64,000 nucleotides of DNA, taken from contig JAFUNF010000011.1 in NCBI GenBank assembly GCA_017473085.1, positions 111,876-175,875 on the forward strand, given 5' to 3'. The notes beneath the pieces are model-generated. The model was given only the letters and a program-made list of their open reading frames with translations, was not told the origin of the DNA and ran no database searches. Position 1 is the stretch's first letter. The number at the start of each line of letters is the position of its first letter. This DNA is from Clostridia bacterium (lineage in GTDB: Bacteria > Bacillota > Clostridia > Oscillospirales > CAG-272). Below, in pieces: positions 9,291 through 18,433 of the stretch. Both the position numbers and the translations under genes were made by a program.

Positions 9291-10334
9291 ATGGACGAAA
9301 CACAAATGATTGAAAATAAAACCTTAGTCGATAAGCTTTATAGCCTAAGAGCAGGACTATCTCTTGTGGCTGTAAAAAATGATGAGATTGAACATCACGA
9401 AAATGTTTTAAGGAACATTAAGAATGAAAAATATACAAAAAAAACTAAATTAAATAATAAAAGAAATCAATTGATTGGAGCCAGATGGCAAGCAAAAGAA
9501 AAAATGTGGGCAATAAATAACGAAATTTACTATCGCTCAGCATTTTTAAAAAAAGAGTTAAAAGTTGGCTCCAGATTTAAAAGAGTATTTAATACGTTTT
9601 TTGAGTTTTTTGAAGAATCGTTGTGGTTGTTTTTCACATTTTTAATTTGGGTTACAGCGATAATAATACCGATTATTGCAATATACGATGCTGTTCAGTG
9701 CGGAAAAATGAAAAAAGAGCTAAAACAATTGGCAAGCCAATTGAGGACTGATACGCAAATTGAGGAAGAGTGGAAAAATAGCGAAGAGTATATCAGATTA
9801 ACAAAGGCTATTGAAGAGGTTGAAATAAAAATAGCAGATTGTGAATCTGAAAAAAAGCTTTTTTACGATGACAAAGTTAAGAGAATAGAGAGCAAAGAAG
9901 CGATTATCAAAGAAACATGCGATTGTAGTATCTCGTTACATAATGCGTTGATAAGTGAATACTCAAGCACTCTCGACCAACGAGATTGGTCTAATATCGA
10001 TTTGATAATTTACAATGTAGAAACAGGCAGAGCCGACACTCTAAAGGAAGCACTTCAGCAGGTTGACAATTACAGAAACACCGAAAAAATAGTAGGTGCT
10101 ATTAAAACGGCAACCCAAGCAATTTGCAATACAATCAGTATGGAGCAGGACAGAATGATAAGGCTTGTTAATAATTGCACAGACGCAGTCAACTCGAGAT
10201 TAAGTACAATAGATTCAAGCGTAAAAGATTTGATTAAAAATGACGAAATGCAATATGCAATGCAGAGAAAAGCCAAATTAACCAGTGATGAGTTAGTAAA
10301 AGAGGTTAAGGAATTAAGAGAAAAAATAATCTAA
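9291..10334 (+). CDS. Hypothetical coiled-coil protein with one central hydrophobic hairpin
   Basis: Good RBS aaaggaga. 347 aa, K/E-rich, with one hydrophobic stretch WLFFTFLIWVTAIIIPIIAIY. No family recognised. Confidence 0.5.
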   Translation: MDETQMIENKTLVDKLYSLRAGLSLVAVKNDEIEHHENVLRNIKNEKYTKKTKLNNKRNQLIGARWQAKEKMWAINNEIYYRSAFLKKELKVGSRFKRVFNTFFEFFEESLWLFFTFLIWVTAIIIPIIAIYDAVQCGKMKKELKQLASQLRTDTQIEEEWKNSEEYIRLTKAIEEVEIKIADCESEKKLFYDDKVKRIESKEAIIKETCDCSISLHNALISEYSSTLDQRDWSNIDLIIYNVETGRADTLKEALQQVDNYRNTEKIVGAIKTATQAICNTISMEQDRMIRLVNNCTDAVNSRLSTIDSSVKDLIKNDEMQYAMQRKAKLTSDELVKEVKELREKII

Positions 10335-10338
10335 AAAA

Positions 10339-10365
10339 TAAGGCGAAATTTTCGCCTTATTTTTT
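10339..10365 (+). terminator. Rho-independent terminator
   Basis: Stem AAGGCGAA/TTCGCCTT followed by a T-run. Confidence 0.7.
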
Positions 10366-10421
10366 AGTTATATTGAAAACCACGCCCGAATAGTGATATA
10401 CTAAAGAAAAAGGAGGCAGGA

Positions 10422-11288
10422 ATGGAAAGTAAAAAGAAAAAGCTCATAATAGAAATTGTAATAGCGCTCTTAGTCTCGCTTCTTGCTATCTTCATTATAG
10501 TAACCATAAGAGAAAATAACACCCTTGAATTAAATTATATAGAGGTAAATAATAGCACCCTACCAAGAGAATTTGAGGGCTTTAAAATTGCCCACGTCTC
10601 AGACTTACACAACAGAACTTGGGGAGAAAACAACGAAAGACTAATAAACCTACTAAAATCGACAAATCCCGACATAATAGCCATAACAGGCGACATTGTC
10701 GATAAAAGTCGCACTAATATAGAAATTGCCCTTGAATTTGCAATCGAGGCTACAAAAATAGCACCCTGCTACTATGTAAGTGGCAACCACGAAAGTGCAA
10801 TACCAAATTACGATGAATTAGAAAAGGGACTTATAGATGCAGGAGTAACAGTTTTAAATAATACTAAGGTAGAAATAAAAAGAGCTGGCGGAAAAATCAC
10901 AATAATGGGAATATGCGACCCAACCCTTGTAATTGATGAAAAGGAGGGCTATGACGAAAAAAGCATAACTAACGACCTAATATCAAAAATCAACTACACC
11001 AAGGAGGACTACACAATCTTACTATCCCACCGACCTGAAAATTTTGATATTTACGCAGAGAAGGAAATAGACCTAACCCTAAGTGGCCATGCCCACGGTG
11101 GACAGGTGCGATTACCCCTAATAGGTGGAATATTAGCTCCCAACCAAGGCTTTTTCCCAAAATATGACTCTGGCTTGTACCAAGAGGGCACCTCAGCTAT
11201 GGTGGTTAGCCGAGGAATAGGCAATAGCTCCTTCCCAATTAGAGTAAATAATATACCCGAGGTAATCTTAATAGAGCTGACTAAATAA
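10422..11288 (+). CDS. Membrane-anchored metallophosphoesterase
   Basis: Calcineurin-like motifs HVSDLH, GDIVD, GNHE and SGHAHGGQ follow an N-terminal TM helix. Confidence 0.85.
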   Translation: MESKKKKLIIEIVIALLVSLLAIFIIVTIRENNTLELNYIEVNNSTLPREFEGFKIAHVSDLHNRTWGENNERLINLLKSTNPDIIAITGDIVDKSRTNIEIALEFAIEATKIAPCYYVSGNHESAIPNYDELEKGLIDAGVTVLNNTKVEIKRAGGKITIMGICDPTLVIDEKEGYDEKSITNDLISKINYTKEDYTILLSHRPENFDIYAEKEIDLTLSGHAHGGQVRLPLIGGILAPNQGFFPKYDSGLYQEGTSAMVVSRGIGNSSFPIRVNNIPEVILIELTK

Positions 11289-11313
11289 AAAAACGGACAT
11301 TGTCCGTTTTTTT
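11287..11313. terminator. Bidirectional hairpin terminator between convergent genes
   Basis: A-run, stem CGGAC/GTCCG, then T-run. Confidence 0.6.
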
Positions 11314-11315
11314 AT

Positions 11316-11690
11316 TTAGTCTGATAGTGTTACGATGCACGCACCAAATGGTAAAAGTGACAGCTTAGCAAGCTTTAAGCATTGCTTAGCAAATGGAATA
11401 CCGATAATGGTGATAGCGAACAAAAGTGCTGAAAGTAAATATGAAAGAGCAAACTCCCAACCAAAAAGGATAACCCAAATAATATTCATAATTGGGTGTT
11501 TATCGAAGTTAAGCTCCGCATCCTTTCCAAAAGGAAAGGCGGAAAGGGATGCTAACTTGAAGCACTGTAAGCCTGCAGGAATGCCAATAATGGTAATGCA
11601 TAGGACAACCCCGCAAATAATCCAACTTAGCCAGCTAACCAAACCTACCAATAAAAACCATAAAATATTTCCGAGTGTTCCCATAATCAA
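11316..11690 (-). CDS. YccF/DUF307-family inner membrane protein
   Basis: Two repeats of the IIGIP..Q..KLA..PFG pattern. The overlapping plus-strand ORF 11335-11709 is low-complexity and was rejected. Confidence 0.7.
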   Translation of the reverse strand: MIMGTLGNILWFLLVGLVSWLSWIICGVVLCITIIGIPAGLQCFKLASLSAFPFGKDAELNFDKHPIMNIIWVILFGWEFALSYLLSALLFAITIIGIPFAKQCLKLAKLSLLPFGACIVTLSD

Positions 11691-11711
11691 ATTGTCCTCT
11701 TTAATATAAAA

Positions 11712-12575
11712 TTATGCCTTGTTTACAGAACCGAAAAGCTCCATCTTTTCCTTAACAGTAGCCTTGATAGCCTCAAAGCCAGGAGCAAGAAGCTTTCTTG
11801 GGTCAAAGCCCTTACCTGAAAGGTCCTTACCAGCCTCAACGTACTGTCTTGTAGCAGCAGCAAAAGCGAGCTGACATTCAGTATTAACGTTAATCTTTGA
11901 AACGCCAAGGGAGATAGCCTTCTTAATCATATCCTCAGGGATACCTGTACCACCGTGAAGAACGAGAGGCATATCGCCAACCTTCTCAGAAATAGAAGCA
12001 AGAACGTCAAAGTTAAGTCCTGCCCAGTTTGCTGGATACTTACCGTGAATGTTACCAATACCTGCAGCAAGCATTGTAACACCAAGGTCTGCAACCATCT
12101 TGCACTCATTAGGGTCTGCACATTCGCCAGCACCTACAACGCCGTCCTCTTCGCCACCGATAGAGCCAACCTCAGCCTCAAGTGAGATACCAAGAACGTT
12201 ACATGCGTTTACAAGCTCAGTTGTCTTTTTGATGTTTTCCTCAATTGGATAGTGTGAGCCATCGAACATTACAGAGGAGAAGCCTGCGTTGATACAAGCC
12301 TTAGCGCCCTCGTATGAGCCGTGGTCGAGATGTAAAGCAACAGGAACAGTAATGTTTAGGCACTTAATCATACCCTTAACCATACCAACAACTGTCTCAT
12401 AGCCACACATATACTTACCAGCACCCTCGGAAACACCGAGAATTACAGGAGAATTAAGCTCCTGTGCTGTGAGAAGGATAGCCTTTGTCCACTCAAGGTT
12501 GTTGATGTTGAACTGACCTACTGCGTATTTGCCTGCTTTTGCTTTTTCAAGCATTTCTTTTGCTGAAACTAACAT
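11712..12575 (-). CDS. fba: Class II fructose-1,6-bisphosphate aldolase
   Basis: Full-length match in character to class II Fba: VALHLDHG, NIHGKY, LVLHGGTGIP. Confidence 0.9.
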   Translation of the reverse strand: MLVSAKEMLEKAKAGKYAVGQFNINNLEWTKAILLTAQELNSPVILGVSEGAGKYMCGYETVVGMVKGMIKCLNITVPVALHLDHGSYEGAKACINAGFSSVMFDGSHYPIEENIKKTTELVNACNVLGISLEAEVGSIGGEEDGVVGAGECADPNECKMVADLGVTMLAAGIGNIHGKYPANWAGLNFDVLASISEKVGDMPLVLHGGTGIPEDMIKKAISLGVSKINVNTECQLAFAAATRQYVEAGKDLSGKGFDPRKLLAPGFEAIKATVKEKMELFGSVNKA

Positions 12576-12650
12576 TTTAAATCTCCTTAGTTTTCTTAAA
12601 TTTTTAACGCTAATATTATACTTTATTTTTTTATTAAAATCAATACATTT

Positions 12651-13157
12651 TTAAATTTTTATGCAGATTATATAATCATCCATGTAGATATATTGAAAAT
12701 TCTCCATAGTTGTGTCAATTTTTTTTAAATATGAAATCGTACCACCAAGCTTTTTGATGGTAGCTTCCTTACCACACCAAATTTTATAAAACGCCATTCT
12801 TTTGTCGCTTGCACTTTCAAGAAGCTTTCTTTCGTTTTCGGTAAAATATCTTTTAGCAAATGAATCTATTCGGACATCCGTACGTCGCGTTAATCTTTCA
12901 GCGTCAATGCCAACGGGATGGTTGCTTATTGCACAAACCACAAGCTCATTTGTGTGAGAAATACTGAAGTGAACGTTAGGCACATTTATGTAAGGCTTTC
13001 CATTGTGAGTTTTTAATATTTCAGGATTATATATATTAAAATGCTCGCCAAGCATTTTATTTAAAAGCTCATACGCAGAATTATGCTCCAACAGCTTTCT
13101 TTCTCTTGCGAGCTTTAGTCCATCGTAGTTAATTTTTTTGTATTCGACCTTTAGCAT
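12651..13157 (-). CDS. 4'-phosphopantetheinyl transferase (Sfp type)
   Basis: GKPYI...FSISHT...GIDAE and the W/KEA..K motif order (WCGKEATIK) are typical of Sfp-family PPTases. Confidence 0.75.
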   Translation of the reverse strand: MLKVEYKKINYDGLKLARERKLLEHNSAYELLNKMLGEHFNIYNPEILKTHNGKPYINVPNVHFSISHTNELVVCAISNHPVGIDAERLTRRTDVRIDSFAKRYFTENERKLLESASDKRMAFYKIWCGKEATIKKLGGTISYLKKIDTTMENFQYIYMDDYIICIKI

Positions 13158-13286
13158 TTAATACCTCTTTACGCTGATTTATATGTATATTTTAGCATAC
13201 TTTTTTGTGGAATACAAATTTCTGTTGAAATTTTATTAAAAATCTTGTAAAATAATATTAGAATAACTGAAAGGAGGCTTCAAATT

Positions 13287-13919
13287 ATGAAGGGTAAAAT
13301 TTTAGTAACAATCGCACGACAATACGGAAGTGGAGGACATAAGCTTGGCGAGCTACTTGCCAAGGAGCTTGGCTTTGCCTTTCACGATAGGAGCCTTATA
13401 GAAAAGGCAGCCGAGAAGTCGGGCATTAGTCTTGAGGTTTTGAAAAACGCAGACGAAAAGACAACACCAAGCTTTTTGTATTCAATCGCTATGGGCAATT
13501 ATGATATGTATCCACTTTCAATCAATATGTCCCCCTACGATATGCCAATCAACGACAAGCTTTTTAACCTTCAGGCAGATATAATCAGAGAAGAGGCAGA
13601 CAAGGGTAGCTGTGTTTTTGTAGGTCGTTGCGCCGACTATATTTTAAACGGTTATGAAAACGTAGTAAAGGTTTTCGTATATGGCGACACCGACTCTCGT
13701 GCTAAAAGAATTGCAGAGATAGAAAACGTGTCCTTGCAGGACGCAAAGGTTCTAATTTATAAAACTGACAAAAGGCGTGCCAATTACTATAACTACTACA
13801 CCTCGCTAAAGTGGGGTAAAAGTGACAATTATAACTTAATGATTGATACAAGCAAAATAGGTATCGAGGGTGCTGTGAAAATAGTAGGAGAGTATATTAA
13901 GCAATTGCAAGATAAATAA
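13287..13919 (+). CDS. Cytidylate kinase-like family protein
   Basis: ITIARQYGSGG-type P-loop variant (VTIARQYGSGGH) and overall length match the clostridial cytidylate-kinase-like family. Confidence 0.7.
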   Translation: MKGKILVTIARQYGSGGHKLGELLAKELGFAFHDRSLIEKAAEKSGISLEVLKNADEKTTPSFLYSIAMGNYDMYPLSINMSPYDMPINDKLFNLQADIIREEADKGSCVFVGRCADYILNGYENVVKVFVYGDTDSRAKRIAEIENVSLQDAKVLIYKTDKRRANYYNYYTSLKWGKSDNYNLMIDTSKIGIEGAVKIVGEYIKQLQDK

Positions 13920-13962
13920 AAAATGGCTACTTTTTAAGTAGCCATTTTCATTATAATTTTAA

Positions 13963-14187
13963 TTATGCGTTTGCTTCAAGAAATTCAACAACGTCGCCAA
14001 CAGTTAAAAACTTTTGCATATCAGCCTCGTTGAACTCAACACCAAACTCATCCTCACAAGTAAGAACAAGGTCAGCAAGCTCCAAGGAGTTAACTCCTAA
14101 GTCATTAGCAAGCTCAGCAGATAGTGTTACGTCCTCTGGGTTGAGAGAAAGCTCCTCAACAAGAATCTTCTTTAATCTTTCAAACAT
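13963..14187 (-). CDS. Stand-alone acyl carrier protein (non-FAS type, NSL instead of DSL)
   Basis: 74 aa and acidic. The phosphopantetheine-site context is DLGVNSLELADL. Start set at ATG 14187, 8 nt after a ggagga RBS. Confidence 0.75.
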   Translation of the reverse strand: MFERLKKILVEELSLNPEDVTLSAELANDLGVNSLELADLVLTCEDEFGVEFNEADMQKFLTVGDVVEFLEANA

Positions 14188-14280
14188 GAAAAAATCCTCC
14201 AAAATATTTTTTGTCCCATTATAATGGGAGGGGTTGCTTCGACATTGTTGTCGAAATTTCTGTGTTAACTAACTTAGTCT

Positions 14281-14309
14281 ATTATAAAGATTTTGTTTCT
14301 GTATGTCAA
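14281..14309 (-). promoter_or_regulatory. Consensus sigma-A promoter for the ACP gene
   Basis: Minus strand reads TTGACA (14309-14304), a 17-nt spacer, TATAAT (14286-14281). Confidence 0.65.
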
Positions 14310-14385
14310 TAGTCAAAATGCACAAAAAAATTAATCCAAATTGTATTATGATGTAAAATATGCAATAAAATTATTGATAAAATCG

Positions 14386-15393
14386 CTATTTTTGCGTTTT
14401 TTTGACATTGGCAAGTGGATTATTGTTTATAGCATCCTGCATACCCTTATTAGACACGTGAGTATATATTTGAGTAGTATTTAATTGCTCGTGACCTAAA
14501 ATTTCCTTAAGCACACGAACATCAACCTTTCCTGTTTGATACATCAAGGTTGCCGCTGTATGTCTTAGCTTATGGGTAGAATAATGCTTATAATCAAGTC
14601 CTGCAAGGGTAAGATATTTATAAACAAGCCATTGAACAGTTTTGTTGCTGATACGCTTGTATTGCTTGCTTATAAAAAGTGCGTTTGTATTTATTTTTGC
14701 GTATTTTTCGCTTTTTCTAACAAGTAAATATGTAGTAAGTGCGTTTCGGCAAGCATCATTTAGATAGACAATTCTTTCCTTGTTACCCTTACCTAAAACT
14801 CTTAAGGATCTTAGCTCACGGTCAAGGTCGTTTAAGTTGATTCCTACAAGCTCGGAAAGACGCATACCACAATTCAAAAATAAAGTAATTATGGCATAAT
14901 CTCTTTCAATTGTTTTAGACTCCTTGTCGTTTTCAACTGCGTTTAAAAGTGCTAAGCTTTCCTCCATTGATAAAAATTTAGGAAGAGTCTGCTTTTTCTT
15001 AGGAGCTTCAATGTCAATTGCAGGATTTTTCTCCATTAATCTACGCTTTGTACAAATAAATTTATAAAAAGCCTTAATAGCAGAAAGCTTTCTTGCCTTG
15101 GCACAGGATTGGTTTCCTCTTTCGTTTGATAGATAGATAAAAAAGTCGTATATTTCCTCGGTAGTTATAGAGGTAATAAATTCCGTATCTAAAGCAGAAA
15201 TGCTTAAATTATCAAAAAATTCAGAGGGTATTTTTACATTGTATCTTTTGGCATAGGTAAACTTAAAAAAAAGCCTTAAATCCGACAAATACTCGTCAAT
15301 CGTCTTTTGAGAACAACCCTGAATAGTTAGCTTGTATGCAGCAAAATCCTTAGCTAACTGAGGCATTTGCTCAATTGGAAACTTATGCGACAT
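14386..15393 (-). CDS. Tyrosine recombinase (XerC/XerD-like integrase family)
   Basis: SAM-like N-terminal domain followed by catalytic signatures GMRLSEL, HKLRHTAAT and LGHEQLNTTQIYTH. Confidence 0.85.
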   Translation of the reverse strand: MSHKFPIEQMPQLAKDFAAYKLTIQGCSQKTIDEYLSDLRLFFKFTYAKRYNVKIPSEFFDNLSISALDTEFITSITTEEIYDFFIYLSNERGNQSCAKARKLSAIKAFYKFICTKRRLMEKNPAIDIEAPKKKQTLPKFLSMEESLALLNAVENDKESKTIERDYAIITLFLNCGMRLSELVGINLNDLDRELRSLRVLGKGNKERIVYLNDACRNALTTYLLVRKSEKYAKINTNALFISKQYKRISNKTVQWLVYKYLTLAGLDYKHYSTHKLRHTAATLMYQTGKVDVRVLKEILGHEQLNTTQIYTHVSNKGMQDAINNNPLANVKKTQK

Positions 15394-15554
15394 AGTAAAA
15401 CCTCCTTTAATAATATGACATATATATTTATTGTATCACATAATAAGATGTTTTTGTATCAAAAATATGAATTTTTTTAAACATTATTGAAATTGCACAA
15501 ATGCTATTATATAATAGATGTAAGAAATTTAATTTTTAAGGGGGAAAATCCGTC

Positions 15555-16226
15555 TTGGAAGAAAATAAAAATATAGAAAATAACGACCAAAGGTCAAAAG
15601 AGCCTCAGGTCGAGAAAATGAAATTTGACTTTGATGAAAGGGAAAGGGTTGGTAATCCTGTAATTAACTTTTTCAAAAAAAATTCAAGTCCAATACTCGC
15701 ACTAATTCGTAACCATATTGCAGTTGCAATCTTTGGCTTAATAGTAGTAATTGCCTGTGATATGCTCGCTGCTGCAAAATGGGGACAGGATACTGCACCT
15801 CTTTGGCCTAACCACATAGGTGGAGCAGTTGCAATAATTTTGTATCTTGGACTAATTTATGTTGTTATGTGGGAAAAGGGCGCAAAGGACAGAACTAAGC
15901 TTGAGGGTGGCAGACTCGTAAGAGACAATTTTTACGGACTTAAAATTTGGCTTTGTGCAAACTGTGTTATTATTCTTTTAACTGCAATTATGCTTATTTT
16001 CAAGCTATTCTGGAATGATGGCGCAGGAATGTTAGATACCATATTACGTTTCATAAATGGTATGTATATAAGCATAACGGGAAGCACTCCACTTGGCATG
16101 TGGGGACACCTGATTGCCCTTGTACCAGGTGCTGTGGTATCAACCCTTTCCTATATTTCGGGAATCAGTGGTCAAAGATGCATTTTCCCAGAAAACAAGC
16201 ACGACAGAAATCGTAATATGAGATAA
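15555..16226 (+). CDS. Hypothetical integral membrane protein
   Basis: TTG start in the ORF track and four or more hydrophobic segments. No family recognised. Confidence 0.45.
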   Translation: MEENKNIENNDQRSKEPQVEKMKFDFDERERVGNPVINFFKKNSSPILALIRNHIAVAIFGLIVVIACDMLAAAKWGQDTAPLWPNHIGGAVAIILYLGLIYVVMWEKGAKDRTKLEGGRLVRDNFYGLKIWLCANCVIILLTAIMLIFKLFWNDGAGMLDTILRFINGMYISITGSTPLGMWGHLIALVPGAVVSTLSYISGISGQRCIFPENKHDRNRNMR

Positions 16227-16237
16227 GAAAAGAGGCT

Positions 16238-17179
16238 TTACGCCTCTTTTTTCTTTCTCTTACTCTCAATAAAGCATTCAAGCCTCTTAAATAGCTTAAA
16301 GGACATTGGGTATAAAACAATAGCAAATACAACTACAAGTGCGTATCTTATCGTCCTTCCCAAAAATGGAATTGGAATAAGATTATCAAGCACAAGCTTC
16401 AAGCCCTCTAAAATGCCAAGCACAAGTGGAAGACCGATTACACACTTAAATATCTGTGTGTACCATTTTCCCGAAACCTCAAAGCGTACAAGCCTTCTTT
16501 CAATAGGTGAGCAAATCATCATACCGAGAAGTGCACCTAAAAGGGTGTGACCGTTTTTAATTCCACTTTCTCTGTATTCCTCAACCACGTTGAAGGGAAG
16601 ATTGTATGCATAAATCAAATATAGAGCAGAAATAGCAACCATTACACCAAGGAAAATATAAAAATGCTTTTCATTTTCATATATTTTATCAATAAGTGGC
16701 TTTACAAAGAATATCAAAAGTAAAGCTATACAAATTGATACAAAAACGTCCAAGGGAGTGTGAACGCCCAAATACATACGAGAAAAGGGCACAAGCACAC
16801 AAATCGCAATAAAAATAATTCTTAGCCAGGTTCTTTTCGTATTGTAGGCAAGTGCACCAAAGGTACCAACTGAATTTTGTGTATGTCCAGATGGAAAGGA
16901 ATAGCCTGTTGCCTCAGGAATTGCGTCCTCAACTGCATTAAAGGATTTGTCAAGAACCCAAGGACGCTCAATTCTTACAAGTAGCTTTAGGAATTGATTT
17001 ATAACAGTTCCTAAAAATCCAACTGACAAAATATAATAGCCGTCCTTTTTTGAAACGCACCAAAAAACGATAATAGCCACAGCCATAAAGGCAGTCTCCT
17101 CGCCTAAGGCAGTAATCAATAAAAATAGCTTATCAAAAAGCTCTGTGCGAAGATTAGATAAAAACCATAAAAAATCCAA
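16238..17179 (-). CDS. PAP2-family phosphatase (membrane)
   Basis: PAP2 motifs KLLVRIERP, PSGHT and SRMYLGVHTPLDV. The ORF-track start 17260 contains a TTGATT-17-TATACT promoter and an aaaggag RBS. The start was therefore moved to TTG 17179; this is uncertain. Confidence 0.7.
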   Translation of the reverse strand: MDFLWFLSNLRTELFDKLFLLITALGEETAFMAVAIIVFWCVSKKDGYYILSVGFLGTVINQFLKLLVRIERPWVLDKSFNAVEDAIPEATGYSFPSGHTQNSVGTFGALAYNTKRTWLRIIFIAICVLVPFSRMYLGVHTPLDVFVSICIALLLIFFVKPLIDKIYENEKHFYIFLGVMVAISALYLIYAYNLPFNVVEEYRESGIKNGHTLLGALLGMMICSPIERRLVRFEVSGKWYTQIFKCVIGLPLVLGILEGLKLVLDNLIPIPFLGRTIRYALVVVFAIVLYPMSFKLFKRLECFIESKRKKKEA

Positions 17180-17314
17180 AGCAAAAGCTCCTTTCAATTC
17201 AATATTAAATACAGTATACCACATCTGGAAAAAATAATCAATATTTTCTTGACAAATCACTAAAGTAGTACTATACTAAAAACAATAAATTTTTCGACAA
17301 GAGGTGACACAATT

Positions 17315-18433
17315 ATGTCAAAGGTTAAGGAGTATTTGAAAAAGTATTTTGTTACCGCAATGGGTGCTATGGCACAGGGCTTATTTGCAACTTTATTGAT
17401 AGGTACAATAATTAAAACAATCGGTCAATATACAGGCTTAGATTTTCTTGTAACCATATCCTCATATGCCTCAGGTGCAACAGGAATGGCAATCGGTGTT
17501 GCAATTGCAATTGCTCTTAAGGCAGATATGCTTGTTATACTTTCAAGTGCAGTAGTAGGCTCAATGGGTAACGCAATCGGTGCAGTTATTAACAATGGCT
17601 TAATTTCTGCTTGGGCAGTAAGTGCTAAAGGAGAGGCAGAGGGTGTTTTCTATTCTGCAGGACCAGCAGGTGCCTTCTTTGCAGTTATTATCGCTTGCGA
17701 GGTTGCAAGACTTGTTTCTAAAAAGACACCAGTAGATATTTTAATAACACCAATAGTAACAATATTAGTAGGCTTTGGTGCAAGCTTTGTAATTTGCCCA
17801 CTCGTTTCCTACGTAATGTACTATTTAGGTATATTTATCGCAAGTGCAACCACCTTCCAGCCATTTATAATGGGTGTAGTAGTTGCAACTGTGGTTGGTA
17901 TTATTTTGACACTGCCAATTTCAAGTGCCGCAATTTGTGCTATGATTTTCTCTCCAACTGCCCTTGAGGTTGCAATTGCAAACGGCACAGAGGAGGGCTT
18001 TATGCTTGCAGGTGGTGCCGCAGTAGTTGGCTGTTGTGCGCAAATGATTGGCTTTGCAGTAATGAGCTTTAAGGAAAATAAGGTAGGTGGACTTGTGTCT
18101 CAAGGACTTGGCACAAGCATGCTACAAATGGGCAATATCTGTAAAAACCCAAGAATTTGGATACCACCAACAGTGGCAGGTGCAATTTGTGGACCTCTTT
18201 CAACACTTGTATTTAAGCTAAAATGTCAAGGTGTTGCAGCAGGCATGGGCACCTGTGGTCTTGTAGGACCAATCGGTGTAATTGCCGACACTCCAAGTAG
18301 TGTTACAATGTGGTCAGGATTAATTCTTTTATGCTTTGTATTACCTGGAGTAATTTCTTGGGGACTTGGCAAGCTATTTTATAAGATAGGCTGGATAAAG
18401 CCTGGTGATTTAACCCTTGAGGAGAAAAAATAA
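17315..18433 (+). CDS. PTS EIIC-like polytopic membrane protein
   Basis: About 10 TM segments and Gly/Ala-rich. Resembles proteins usually annotated as PTS transporter subunit IIC (EIIC_2). Assigned from memory only. Confidence 0.45.
   Translation: MSKVKEYLKKYFVTAMGAMAQGLFATLLIGTIIKTIGQYTGLDFLVTISSYASGATGMAIGVAIAIALKADMLVILSSAVVGSMGNAIGAVINNGLISAWAVSAKGEAEGVFYSAGPAGAFFAVIIACEVARLVSKKTPVDILITPIVTILVGFGASFVICPLVSYVMYYLGIFIASATTFQPFIMGVVVATVVGIILTLPISSAAICAMIFSPTALEVAIANGTEEGFMLAGGAAVVGCCAQMIGFAVMSFKENKVGGLVSQGLGTSMLQMGNICKNPRIWIPPTVAGAICGPLSTLVFKLKCQGVAAGMGTCGLVGPIGVIADTPSSVTMWSGLILLCFVLPGVISWGLGKLFYKIGWIKPGDLTLEEKK

Noticed and set aside
11335-11709. Plus-strand 124-aa ORF overlapping the YccF-like gene.
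   Set aside because: The minus-strand product shows the duplicated IIGIP...KLA...PFG pattern of YccF/DUF307. The plus-strand translation is unstructured and has no RBS.
14386-15393. The tyrosine recombinase as a marker of an integrated mobile element.
   Set aside because: Its neighbours are ordinary chromosomal genes of similar composition. I saw no tRNA target, no flanking repeats and no phage or conjugation cargo. It may be a housekeeping Xer-type recombinase. I leave it as a plain CDS.
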